This document shows positions 30,214-39,671 of a stretch of 64,000 nucleotides of DNA, one piece after another. The notes under the pieces were generated by a model, which saw nothing but the letters and a program-made list of their open reading frames with translations, was not told the DNA's origin and searched no databases. The translations under genes were made by a program, and so were the position numbers. The number at the start of each line of letters is the position of its first letter. Position 1 is the first letter of the stretch. The stretch covers positions 1,728,001 to 1,792,000 of the forward strand of contig OZ219747.1 in NCBI GenBank assembly GCA_964291265.2, in the 5' to 3' direction. Source of the DNA: Alphaproteobacteria bacterium. Lineage in GTDB: Bacteria > Pseudomonadota > Alphaproteobacteria > SP197.

Positions 30214-30637
30214 GGATCGTCATCCCGGCGCAAGGCCTCGGGCCATGCGATGGCCGGAGAACGAAGCAACCTCGTGCAAGACGTCTCGGGGGCGTGGCGC
30301 ATGATCCTCGGGATGGAGCGGACTCGGACAGCGCCCATCATACCGTCCACGTCCGCACGGCGGGAAACCGACAACAAGCCGCACTGCACCATGCATCGCC
30401 ATGTTCGGAGCGGACAGGGGACATGCCGCCGGTCCGGCATGCCTTGTGGTCGGCACGACCACGAAGAAAGGGATGGCGTCCATGTCCCCCTTCGGCAAGG
30501 GTAACCGGCGCCGCGCACGTCCCTCAACAGGAACTGCTATCATCGATCGGCATGGACCGGTCGCCGCGGCGGCCGGACCGTCACGGATGCGGACGGCATC
30601 CCGATCGACGAGACCCGGAACCCTGCAGGCGACGACG

Positions 30638-31960
30638 ATGGCGCTTCACCTTGTTCACCACGATCTCTCCCCGGCATATGAACTGACGGAGGACGAACAG
30701 CAGGCCCTGCGCCGGATGGCCGACGGCGATCGGAGCGAGGATCTCCACGCGCCCGTCCTCGAGATCCTGGTGCGGGCGCACACGGAACGCCTGTGGCTCG
30801 CCTGCGACTGCCGGGGCGAGAGCGGCAGGCCTCCGGTCAACGGACCCTGTCGCAACCGCTCAGGCCGCTACTACTGGCGCCGCCTGCCACCACCGCACGT
30901 GGCGCATGCCAAAGGCTGCGTCTACTCCAGCATCACCGTCACGCGCCAGGCCGGGGACCCGGAAACCCGGGCGCCGGTGGAACCGTCCGACGACAGGTTC
31001 TTCACGGTTCTCCCGATCGAGCCGGAGGATGAGCAGGTCGCCGAACCGGACGCCCTGCCGGACCACCGCGGGTCGCGGCACACAAACCGCCCCTCGAAGC
31101 TGCGCCAGAGGCTGTTCGAACTCATGGTGTATGCCGGCCTCAACCGTCTTCCCGATGCCGAAACCGCGAACGCCAGGGAATGGTCGAGGCGGATCAGGCA
31201 GGCCGCAAGGGGGATCGAGATCGCGCCCGAACGCTCGCTGGGTGACCTCGTCTTCCCCTACCGGCGCATGTGGCGGATGGACTGGATCGACGCTCACATG
31301 CAGGACCTCGCAAGAACCTGGCCGGATGGTCACCGGCCCCAGGCGTTCGTCTGTGGAGCCGTCCGGGGCGTGGACGATCAAGGCGTCACCGGCGCCAGGG
31401 GATCACGCCTCGACGTCGCCTCCCGGGTCACGCGGCCCATGATTGGCGGCAAGGCGGTGCGCCCGCCTTGCCTCTTCATGGGCGTGGTGGGCCTGGCGGA
31501 AGACGCCACCTCCTTCGCCTGCCTCTCCGGCCATGCCCAGCCCATCGTCGCCATGAACTGCCCGGTGCCGGTGGAATCCAGCGCCGAGCGCAAGGCGTTC
31601 GGCACGCTGAGGAAGACCCTCAGGATCATGAGGCGCGAGTTCGATGCCGTGAGGTTCACCCTCGAGAAACCGCTGTTCGAAACCGACACGCAGTACGGGC
31701 CGTGCCTTCCCGACTTCGTCATCCGGGCTCACCCCGATGCCTGGGAGGGTCGGGACAGCGTCGACTTCATGATCGAGGTCATGGGCTTCGAGGACGAGGG
31801 CTACCGCCGGCGCAAGGAAGACACCCACCAGGCCATGAGAACCCTCGGCACGATGTGCCTCATGGAAGCGAACTGGTTCGACAGGCCCCGGGGGCTGGCA
31901 GCGGCAGGAACCAACGTCACCGACAAGATCCGCGCCGTGCTTCGAAGACGGCTGGCCTGA
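30638..31960 (+). CDS. DUF1173-like protein with Cys/His motif and C-terminal PD-(D/E)xK-like region
   Basis: WLACDC, HAKGC, PVESSAER, LPDFVI...IEVMGF...YRRRK; start uncertain. Confidence 0.6.
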   Translation: MALHLVHHDLSPAYELTEDEQQALRRMADGDRSEDLHAPVLEILVRAHTERLWLACDCRGESGRPPVNGPCRNRSGRYYWRRLPPPHVAHAKGCVYSSITVTRQAGDPETRAPVEPSDDRFFTVLPIEPEDEQVAEPDALPDHRGSRHTNRPSKLRQRLFELMVYAGLNRLPDAETANAREWSRRIRQAARGIEIAPERSLGDLVFPYRRMWRMDWIDAHMQDLARTWPDGHRPQAFVCGAVRGVDDQGVTGARGSRLDVASRVTRPMIGGKAVRPPCLFMGVVGLAEDATSFACLSGHAQPIVAMNCPVPVESSAERKAFGTLRKTLRIMRREFDAVRFTLEKPLFETDTQYGPCLPDFVIRAHPDAWEGRDSVDFMIEVMGFEDEGYRRRKEDTHQAMRTLGTMCLMEANWFDRPRGLAAAGTNVTDKIRAVLRRRLA

Positions 31961-32236
31961 CGTCTGCGTGGGAGCCGGGGCAAGGGCATGCGAGCCAGCT
32001 CCACCGAGGATTCAAGCCAGCCATTCAGCCGTCCATTGAACCTCTGTAGTAGTTTTCGTGAATCACCTGCATCGGTATCGAAAGTCACAGGGTGCGTTGT
32101 CGCTGCGCCCTGTCTTCGGAAGACCACGTCGGTGGAGGACAGCGCCACTGCCCGGATGCGAAGTCCGTGGAGACGGGTGCAGGGACGTCGCGCCCGCAGG
32201 AACGACACGCTGTTCAAATCAAACGGAATGGTTTCA

Positions 32237-32479
32237 TCAGTACTGCCGATCGGCTATAGCGCAAACAACAGACCGGCGCTGGTGGGAGGCGTGGGGCTGC
32301 TTCGCTCGTTCGACGGGTGGTTGCCATTGATCCAACAACAGACCCGCCTTCTTCGCGTCTTCGTAGCTCTCGATGTCCTCGTGCCCGACTCGCTTCGATC
32401 GCCAATGTCCGTCGATACCAGAAAACCCATTTCCTTTGAGAATTTTCCCGCACACGGGACACTCCTTACCGCCCTTCAT
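32237..32479 (-). CDS. Small CxxC...H...H zinc-finger-like protein
   Basis: CPVCGKILKGNGFSGIDGHWRSKRVGH; GGAGG RBS; homologue at 57785. Confidence 0.65.
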   Translation of the reverse strand: MKGGKECPVCGKILKGNGFSGIDGHWRSKRVGHEDIESYEDAKKAGLLLDQWQPPVERAKQPHASHQRRSVVCAIADRQY

Positions 32480-32834
32480 CGTCCGCCCTCCCGTCACACG
32501 GGAAATGCGCCCGTAGGGCTGAGGTGACCACGACTAGGGGGTGGTGGTCAAGCTCTTCGGGATTTCTTCGCATCCATATTCGCACGGCATCCCGAATGTC
32601 CCCGCTGGTGCTGCCAGATGTGCAGAACTTCAACTGTGGATCGAAACCGGTGTAGTCCCAAATGTTTTCTAATGCATCTCGAACACCGATGACGTACATC
32701 ATAAAAGCCCCTTCCAACGCTATGTCGTCAGAAGTCGCCCAATCCAACAAATGGTTGCCATCTTGAAAGGCCAGTGTCTCTTTCGGTACTGCAACCAAGG
32801 CTGTGCATATCGCGCCGATCAGCCATTTTCTCAC
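32466..32834 (-). CDS. Rap1a/Tai-family immunity-like secreted protein
   Basis: Signal peptide, DGNHL, YVIGVRD, FC, NPEELDH, ALRAHFPC. Confidence 0.75.
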   Translation of the reverse strand: MRKWLIGAICTALVAVPKETLAFQDGNHLLDWATSDDIALEGAFMMYVIGVRDALENIWDYTGFDPQLKFCTSGSTSGDIRDAVRIWMRRNPEELDHHPLVVVTSALRAHFPCDGRADDEGR

Positions 32835-32968
32835 TCGGCATCTCCGAGACGGCGGTGCAACGCGGTCCGGTACGGACTTGGTGCGGCGGAACAGGGCGAG
32901 GACCGGCTTCTCGAGCGTCGCGCCCACGAGATCGTGCTGCTTCGGATCAGACATAGAAACGCCTCTGA

Positions 32969-34192
32969 TCATTGCACCGCCCTCCATTGAGCCATGGTCT
33001 TGCCGCCCTTACTCCGGTTGCAACCGGAACAAAGCAGTTGAAGGTTGTCGGGGTGATCAGTTCCACCCTTCGACCTGGGTAGAATATGATCCACATCCAT
33101 CACGCGAAACGGGAAGTGCGTGTTGCATCCCACACAGACGCCCTCCTGTTCCCCATAGAGGCGATGACGGTGCGTCCGGTAGTTGGGAAGATCGCCAAGG
33201 TCCGAGCGCTTCGGTGGGTCTGTGATCGCAATTGCGCCGCCCCATAGATTGCCGCCAAGATGCTTCCCGCCCTTCTCGTTGGCGCGATCTTCCGCAATCC
33301 TCTCATTGACCAACTTCACGGCCAGCGCCGACAGGTCGATGCCTGCCCACTGCCGCCCCATGCGATCTGCAGCTACCAACGCCGTCGCACAGCCGCAGAA
33401 CGGATCAAGCACTATGTCGCCGGGGTTGCTAGAAGCGCGGATTACGCGCTCTAGCAGTGCCAGAGGCTTCTGCGTCGGGTAACCAAGGCGCTCCGAGGAA
33501 GATCGCCCGATTGCGTTCATGTCCCAAACATCGCGCATTGAGGCCATAGTATACCAACGGCCAAATTCATCCTGATATTTCTCGACTCCTTTAAATCCAG
33601 GCGGCGCGCTTGTTGAATAAGATCTTTCTTTTTGAACGTTGAAAACGTGTTTGCTATGCTTCGCCGCATAGTACAGCAGAATGTCGTGCTTACGCCCGAA
33701 CCAACGCTTGCTAACACCGCCGGTTCGATAGGACCATACAATTTCGTTCAAGAAATTCTTATGCCCGAAAACTCCATCCATAAGCAGCTTAAGGTAGTGC
33801 GAAGCAGTGGGATCGCAATGCAGATAGATGCTCCCGGACGGCTTCAGAATGCGACTCATTTCCAGTAATCGCACGGCCATGAAGATGAGATATGACTGCA
33901 TACCCTTGCCGTGCGACTGGCGAGCGGCCTCGATCACGGAGTAGGCGGCGGGGTTGCGGTCTGCCAGTTCGCCATGCTCGTGGACGTCGATATCGTCCAA
34001 GGTCCACGCGTCTTTGAAAGCAGCGCCCGCTGCTTTGCTTCCTATCGGCGCCTCGTAGTGGCGATTGCTGTTGAACGGTGGGTCGAGATAGATCAAATCG
34101 ATACAGCCATCGTTCATGCCGCGCATGATCGACAGGTTGTCGCCAGTCCAGACCGTGCTGCTGGCGAAGTTCGCGAAGTTCGGTTCAGGCAT
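32969..34192 (-). CDS. N6/N4 DNA methyltransferase fused to a C-terminal HNH endonuclease
   Basis: IYLDPPF, YPTQKP, LDPFCGCAT; CVGC...DHILPRSKGG...NLQLLCSGCNRSK. Confidence 0.92.
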   Translation of the reverse strand: MPEPNFANFASSTVWTGDNLSIMRGMNDGCIDLIYLDPPFNSNRHYEAPIGSKAAGAAFKDAWTLDDIDVHEHGELADRNPAAYSVIEAARQSHGKGMQSYLIFMAVRLLEMSRILKPSGSIYLHCDPTASHYLKLLMDGVFGHKNFLNEIVWSYRTGGVSKRWFGRKHDILLYYAAKHSKHVFNVQKERSYSTSAPPGFKGVEKYQDEFGRWYTMASMRDVWDMNAIGRSSSERLGYPTQKPLALLERVIRASSNPGDIVLDPFCGCATALVAADRMGRQWAGIDLSALAVKLVNERIAEDRANEKGGKHLGGNLWGGAIAITDPPKRSDLGDLPNYRTHRHRLYGEQEGVCVGCNTHFPFRVMDVDHILPRSKGGTDHPDNLQLLCSGCNRSKGGKTMAQWRAVQ

Positions 34193-34197
34193 CGTTT

Positions 34198-34665
34198 TCA
34201 ATCTTCAATCGGCCGTTGCGTGATGGATAGAGAGGCTTCGCCAGTAATCGTCCCCGACATTGCTATTTCGAGCCGCATCGGTGTCGCAAGCCTAAGTGTG
34301 CCATCCGCCATAATGACGACTGTCGTCCGGTCTGGGAGTGCCGCATAGCGATGCCCATCTCGGAGCGGATACGTCGGAAGCTGATTGACGGTCTCCATCA
34401 GGCTGGCTAACTGCGCAGACTCCCGTGCCTCGAGCGCCATCTGTAGTGCGGTGCGAAGCGCCTTTTCTGATCCGACAGTTTCGATATTCAGCACCTGCTG
34501 TATCGAGGGCGACACAGAATTCTTCGCCTCAAGAGCCGCAATGCGCTTGCGAAGGCCCCAAAACCCGACCATCGTTAGAAGACTGCCTGACAGGAACCAC
34601 CCGACCCGTATGAACACTTCGGTGAATGTGGCACCCAAAATTGCTTGATATGTGAACTCTTCCAT
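34198..34665 (-). CDS. Hypothetical protein with N-terminal membrane anchor
   Basis: 155-aa ORF with a hydrophobic segment, abutting the MTase-HNH gene. Confidence 0.55.
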   Translation of the reverse strand: MEEFTYQAILGATFTEVFIRVGWFLSGSLLTMVGFWGLRKRIAALEAKNSVSPSIQQVLNIETVGSEKALRTALQMALEARESAQLASLMETVNQLPTYPLRDGHRYAALPDRTTVVIMADGTLRLATPMRLEIAMSGTITGEASLSITQRPIED

Positions 34666-34885
34666 CTGCGCATCATACCGCCTTCTGCCGCACCATCAAC
34701 CTCTTTGTAATCCCCTTGATTTAAGTAGGCTTGACTTTCTGACTGATGAGGCTCGCACCCAAGCTCTACGCCTTGAGGAATTCTCTCGTTGACGCCCTCA
34801 TTACGCATTGAACATCTCGGTTGGAGAACATGCAGATACGCTATCAATGGTTGGTGTACCCGTCCAGACTCCTTGCGCCGTCGGA

Positions 34886-36046
34886 TCACGAATCAGACAG
34901 ATCACAGAGCCGAGCAATGGCGGCTCCTGTGCGCTCGGCGGCGGCTTCCACGTCCCTGTCCTGGACATGCGCATAGCGCAGTGTCATGGAACAGCGGCTG
35001 TGGCCCAGGAGCCTGGCGACGATCGGCAATGGAATACCGCTCATGACCGCATGCGAGGCAAATGTGTGACGCAAGTCATGCAAGCGAACATCCTCGAGAC
35101 CGGCTTCCTTGCGAACCCTGTACCAAAGTCCGAGTTCACGTCCGCGTGGTCTCGCAGGATCACGCGGCGAGGGAAAGACCCAGGCGCTGCCCACCCTTGG
35201 CTGGCGCTCGACAAGTTCCCGGGCAACGGCTGGCAGCCAGACTTCGCGCGGTCCGGTCTTTGAATCCGTCAATCTGAGCGTGGCGCCATGGACCTCGCAC
35301 CATCGCAATCCGACGATTTCGTTGCGTCGGCACCCGGTCAGGAGGAGCAGGCGGATCATGTCAGCCTGGGCCTGGCGCGAGGGACGCTTCGCGACCAACC
35401 TGTCCAGTGTCCTGTAGAGACGGGCGACTTCCTCCCTGGACAGGAACCGCGTCAGGGCCGGGCGTCTGTTTCGCTTTACGCCCCGCGTTGGATCGTTGCT
35501 GACATGGCCGCTCTCGACGGCAAACTTCATGATGCGGCGCAACGTTCCCAGCGTCTCGTTGGCGCCGCCCGGTGCAACCTGACTGTAGTCATGGAACCAC
35601 GCCTCGACATGACGAGGCCCGATGTGATCGAGTCGCAGGGAACCGAATGACGGCAGCAATCGCCCCTTCAGTTCGCGGACAAGGCGTGCGCGTCGCTGAG
35701 GTTTGCAGTGGTCGAGGACTGCTTCCTTCCATGGCCCTTCGGCGAAAGCGGAAAAGAGCGGGACGATCGTCTCAGCCTTGCCATCGCCGGACTGCTCCCG
35801 GGCCATGAGGGTCAGACAGTCTCGACGTGCCTCCTCGACGGTCTTCAGTGCGACGGGTCCGATGGTCACGCGCGCCGGGCTGTCGTTCCTGAAGCCCTGC
35901 CAGACATAGCTGCGATGGCCCGAGGGCCGAACCCGCACGCCAAGGCCGGCGATGCGAGTGTCCCAGACCGTATACTCGACCTCGCGTGGGCGGAGCTTCT
36001 CGACGGCAGCGTCCGTCAACCTCACCTTCCTCGTGCCGGTTCTCAT
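34886..36046 (-). CDS. Tyrosine integrase (second gene of pair 2)
   Basis: VWDTRIAGLGVRVRPSG; TGCR, SKTG, HDLRH, LGH, RYAH; ATGA overlap. Confidence 0.93.
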   Translation of the reverse strand: MRTGTRKVRLTDAAVEKLRPREVEYTVWDTRIAGLGVRVRPSGHRSYVWQGFRNDSPARVTIGPVALKTVEEARRDCLTLMAREQSGDGKAETIVPLFSAFAEGPWKEAVLDHCKPQRRARLVRELKGRLLPSFGSLRLDHIGPRHVEAWFHDYSQVAPGGANETLGTLRRIMKFAVESGHVSNDPTRGVKRNRRPALTRFLSREEVARLYRTLDRLVAKRPSRQAQADMIRLLLLTGCRRNEIVGLRWCEVHGATLRLTDSKTGPREVWLPAVARELVERQPRVGSAWVFPSPRDPARPRGRELGLWYRVRKEAGLEDVRLHDLRHTFASHAVMSGIPLPIVARLLGHSRCSMTLRYAHVQDRDVEAAAERTGAAIARLCDLSDS

Positions 36047-37164
36047 GCCAGGCCCTCCGACAGGACCGGCGCCACGACATCGATGGCCTCGCGAACGGCC
36101 CCGTCGCCGAGATGCGTATAGCGCAGGGTCGTGGACGCCCTGCCGTGACCGAGAAGCTTGCCGATAGTGAGAATTGTCTCGCCATTCTGGAGTGCGACAC
36201 TGGCATAGCTGTGGCGAAGGTCGTGCAGGCGGATGTCGTCCAATCCGGCCTCCGCGCGGACCTGCCGCCAGAATCCGTCGAGATGACACCTCTTCGGTGT
36301 CGTTGCCGAAAAGACCCATATGTTGTTCCGCGGCAGGTTGTCGAGCACGTCGCGCGCGGCTTGCGCCAACCAGATCGTGCGTGGGCCAGTCTTGCTGTCC
36401 GTCAGGAACAATCTGCCTTCACGGTAGTCCGTCCACCTGAGCATGATGATCTCGCTCTTGCGGCAGCCCGTGAGGAGAAGCATCTGCATGGCGGCCGTGT
36501 GCAGGGGACGCCTTGACCGGTGGCGCGCCAGGACAGCTGCAAGACTGCGGTACTCCTCCGGCAGGAGGAACCGTTCGCGCCTGGTCTCGCGGTAGCGGCG
36601 GATACCGGCACAAGGGTTGCTGTTCTCCGGCCTCAAGCCCCAGGCTTCGGCCTTCTGCATGATGACGGAAAGGACCGGCGCAGACCGGTTTGCCGCCGCC
36701 GGCGTTGCATGGAGAGAACGGAACCATGTTGCGACATCCTGCCGGGTGATGGCGCTGATCATGCGACCCGCGAAGAACGGCAGGATCTGTCTGCGAAGGT
36801 AGATCCGGTTGACCCTGAGGGTGTCGGGTTTCCAGAGCCGTTCGTGGTGGACAAGGACTTCCTGTGCGACGGTCTCGAAGAGTGCGTCCCTCTCGACCCC
36901 GGGGTCCGCAGGGCCGCCGTTCCTGTACGCCGCCAGCATGGCGCGTGCCCGTTGACGCGCCTGCGCCACGGTCACGGCGCCGGCATCGTCGAAGGTCTTC
37001 CAGATCCTCCGGCCCTCGTGCTGGGAGTGAATGAAGTAGCGTCTGGTGCCCGAGGGCATGATGCGGATACCGAAGCCCTTCAGTTCGGTATCGCGTGCGT
37101 CCAGGATGACCTTCCCTGGCTTGAGCTTGTCAACCCGGTGCTGGGTGAGGTGCGTTGTGGCCAT
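36043..37164 (-). CDS. Tyrosine integrase (first gene of pair 2)
   Basis: GGAGG RBS; GFGIRIMPSG; TGCR, SKTG, HDLRH, LGH, RYTH. Confidence 0.93.
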   Translation of the reverse strand: MATTHLTQHRVDKLKPGKVILDARDTELKGFGIRIMPSGTRRYFIHSQHEGRRIWKTFDDAGAVTVAQARQRARAMLAAYRNGGPADPGVERDALFETVAQEVLVHHERLWKPDTLRVNRIYLRRQILPFFAGRMISAITRQDVATWFRSLHATPAAANRSAPVLSVIMQKAEAWGLRPENSNPCAGIRRYRETRRERFLLPEEYRSLAAVLARHRSRRPLHTAAMQMLLLTGCRKSEIIMLRWTDYREGRLFLTDSKTGPRTIWLAQAARDVLDNLPRNNIWVFSATTPKRCHLDGFWRQVRAEAGLDDIRLHDLRHSYASVALQNGETILTIGKLLGHGRASTTLRYTHLGDGAVREAIDVVAPVLSEGLA

Positions 37165-37279
37165 GTTGCCTCCGGTGTTCTGTGACATCGGGGGAAGAAA
37201 GGCATCGCCTTTCCCTCTGATGTTGCAGAAACGAGAGGAGTTAAGTATGTTATATCAGTTGATTAGCACCACAGGTGCG

Positions 37280-37886
37280 GCATGACGTGTACATCGAGGC
37301 GTTCCTTGGGGGCGGCGCGATCATGAAGCGCAAGCCACCGGCGCTGCGCAGCATCGGCATTGACCTCAACCGCCGGGCGATCGACACCTTCCGCTGTGAC
37401 TATCCGGTGGAGCTTCACCAAGGCTGCGCCCTGCGTTTTCTCGAGACCTTCGCCTTCCAGGGCCGCGAGCTGGTCTACTGCGACCCGCCTTACGTGCAGT
37501 CGACGCGCCGGTCGCAGCGCCGCTACCGCTTCGACTGCACGGACGACGACCATGTTGCGCTCCTTGACATCCTGACGTCGCTGCCCTGCCAGGTGATGAT
37601 CTCCGGCTATCCCTCGCGGCTCTACGACACGCACCTCGCCGGCTGGCGCTCGGCCGAGGTCCAGGTCAACAACCAGGCCTGCGTTGTCACCGAGAAGCTG
37701 TGGTTCAACTTCGCACCGGGCCGACCGCACTGGCATACGTGTGCGGGCAGGAACTCGATCGACCGCCAGCGCATCAAGCGCCTCGCAGAGAGCTGGGCGC
37801 GGCGCTACCGGACGATGCCCGAAGGCGAGCGGCTCGCCGTGCTGGCGGCAGTCATGGCGGTGGAGGCGTCGTCATGGCGAGCGTGA
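37280..37886 (+). pseudogene. 3' part of the split Dam-like (D12 class) adenine methyltransferase
   Basis: HDVYIEAFLGGGA (motif I), YCDPPY (motif IV), MISGY, TEKLW; N-terminus lies at 23271. Confidence 0.92.
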
Positions 37887-39352
37887 ACGGCACGTCTGTG
37901 CGCCAGGAGGCCGACATCTTCCAGAAGCAGTTCCAGGATCTCCGCAAGCAGGGCAAGGTCAACCAGGAGTGCGAGGAGCTCTTCCGCGGCATGCTGATGC
38001 TGATAAAGCTGTTGCTGACCGTGCTCATGGAGAAGATCACACGTAAGACAAGCCGGAACTCCGGTCTGCCGCCATCGCAGACTGACAAGGACGAGAGCGC
38101 GAGGCGCACCGGGAGCAACGGCAAGGGCCCGAAGCCGAACCAGCAGACGGGCGACAACCTGCGCACGACCACCGTCGAGGAGACGATCGTCGTTGATGCC
38201 TGCGACGCCTGCGGCGCCGACCTCCACGACGTTGACCCCGTCGACCGGGAGTGCCGCGTCCTCTACGACATCGTGTTCGAAGTCGTCGAGCGCCGCGTCG
38301 AAGCCGAGATCAAGGAATGTCCGAAGTGCCGGGCCCGGACCAAGGGCCGGTTCCCAGACAACATGCCGGGCCCCCTGCAGTACGGCGTCAGCATCCAGGC
38401 CCTCGTCATCAACCTGCTGATCGCCCAGATGCTGTCCCTGCGTCGTGCCGTCTCGCTCGTGCACGCGATCTCCGGCATCAAGCTCTCCGAGGCGACCTGC
38501 CTCGGCTATGTCCGGCGCTTTCACGATGCCCTCGCATCATGGGAGGAGGCCGCCGTGGCCCATCTCCTGCAACAACCGGCCCTGCATGTCGACGAGACCG
38601 GCTTCCGGGTCGCCGGCAAGACCCAATGGCTCCATGTCGTCACCGACGGCACCCTGACGTGCAAGTTCCCGCACCCCAAGCGCGGCCGGGAGGCGATCGA
38701 AGAGATCGGCATCATCCCGCGCTACAAGGGCGTCCTGATCCACGACTGCTGGGCTGCCTACATGGGCTACGATCAATGCCGCCACCAACTGTGCGGCAGC
38801 CATCTCCTGCGCGAACTGACCTTCGTCGTCGAGTCCAACGGCTACCGCTGGGCGCGACTGATGAAAAGCCTGCTGCGCGAGGTCTCCCGCAGGGTCAACA
38901 AGAGCGCATCCAAGACCTTGAACGAGGCCGACCGCCGGGCCGTGCGCAAGCGCTACCGCACCATCCTCACCCAGGGCGCCAAGGAACTGCCCGACATCCC
39001 GCCACGGACGAAAGGAAAACGTGGACGCATCGCAAAGTCCGACGCGCACAACCTGCATGAACGTCTCGTGAAACACGAGAAGTCCGTCCTGCGCTTCATG
39101 AAGGACCCCAACGTCAGTTTCACCAACAATACCGGAGAGCAGAAGATCAGGATGACAAAGGTCAAGATCAAGGTGTCCGGATGTTTCCGCACCATGCCCC
39201 ACGCCAAAGCATGGTGCCGAGGCTCAAGCTACCTCACCACCATGGACGCACTCGGCTACAACCCTCACGTCGCCATCCACATCGCCCTCGACGGAAAGGC
39301 CGTAGACATCCTCAACCAACACTACGGACAACCAGACCCTAACAAGGGGTGA
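37874..39352 (+). CDS. tnpC: IS66-family transposase
   Basis: SRNSGLPPS, CDAC/CPKC finger, HVDETG, IHDCW, HQLCGSHLLREL, FTNNTGEQKIR. Confidence 0.94.
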   Translation: MASVNGTSVRQEADIFQKQFQDLRKQGKVNQECEELFRGMLMLIKLLLTVLMEKITRKTSRNSGLPPSQTDKDESARRTGSNGKGPKPNQQTGDNLRTTTVEETIVVDACDACGADLHDVDPVDRECRVLYDIVFEVVERRVEAEIKECPKCRARTKGRFPDNMPGPLQYGVSIQALVINLLIAQMLSLRRAVSLVHAISGIKLSEATCLGYVRRFHDALASWEEAAVAHLLQQPALHVDETGFRVAGKTQWLHVVTDGTLTCKFPHPKRGREAIEEIGIIPRYKGVLIHDCWAAYMGYDQCRHQLCGSHLLRELTFVVESNGYRWARLMKSLLREVSRRVNKSASKTLNEADRRAVRKRYRTILTQGAKELPDIPPRTKGKRGRIAKSDAHNLHERLVKHEKSVLRFMKDPNVSFTNNTGEQKIRMTKVKIKVSGCFRTMPHAKAWCRGSSYLTTMDALGYNPHVAIHIALDGKAVDILNQHYGQPDPNKG

Positions 39353-39671
39353 GTAGTTACCCATCAACAATCTGGAAGGGCCCGGCGCCTGGCGAAGTGG
39401 AGCGCCACGGTGTTGCGTGTGATGGTGCGCTTCTTGACCTTTCCGACTTCGCGCCGGGGGCTCGTGGAGCATGATGGCGGGTGGAGGGGACTGGTTGAGG
39501 AGGGCTTTGATGCACATGGCTACCGTGCATGGGCGTACCGCGGACGTATGTCAAGCACAAGGTGCATTCATACATGGGTACACAGTGAAGCCTGATGAAT
39601 CCAACAAATAACGCAAAATCAGTGAGTTGTTGTGAAGATCAGCAGGAAATCGTCCGGAACTTCGGCATAAG

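Larger units (their letters stand above)
23339..37291. mobile_element. Integrative mobilisable element (twin tyrosine integrases + MOBF relaxase); predicted circle 13941 bp
   Basis: 12-bp direct repeat GCATGACGTGTA at 23339-23350 and 37280-37291 splitting the MTase gene; integrases next to the right repeat. Confidence 0.92.
22964..39360 (+). mobile_element. IS66-family element carrying a DNA methyltransferase (2456 bp without the nested IME)
   Basis: Perfect 15-bp IR GTAACTACTCACCCC (22964-22978)/GGGGTGAGTAGTTAC (39346-39360); 8-bp TSD CCATCAAC at 22956-22963 and 39361-39368. Confidence 0.95.
17644..39369 (-). mobile_element. IS21-like element with passenger genes (5321 bp without the nested IS66)
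   Basis: TGT...ACA ends sharing TAGAACGGCGGGAT at IR positions 15-28; 5-bp TSD ATCTG at 17639-17643 and 39370-39374; istA/istB inside. Confidence 0.88.
17497..39665. mobile_element. Non-autonomous mini-element (438 bp once nested inserts are removed)
   Basis: Perfect IR CCGAAGTTCC (17497-17506)/GGAACTTCGG (39656-39665); flanking direct repeat CATAAG at 17491-17496 and 39666-39671. Confidence 0.7.

Noticed and set aside
25387-30504. Long plus-strand ORFs (861 and 842 aa) and similar antisense ORFs elsewhere
   Set aside because: Shadow ORFs opposite real genes, expected at high GC
30214-30637. oriT/nic site
   Set aside because: Position is plausible and hairpins exist, but no match to a known MOBF nic sequence could be supported
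37275-37886. Stand-alone 203-aa MTase starting at GTG 37275
   Set aside because: The GTG comes from the element end and has no clear RBS; the true N-terminus is at 23271
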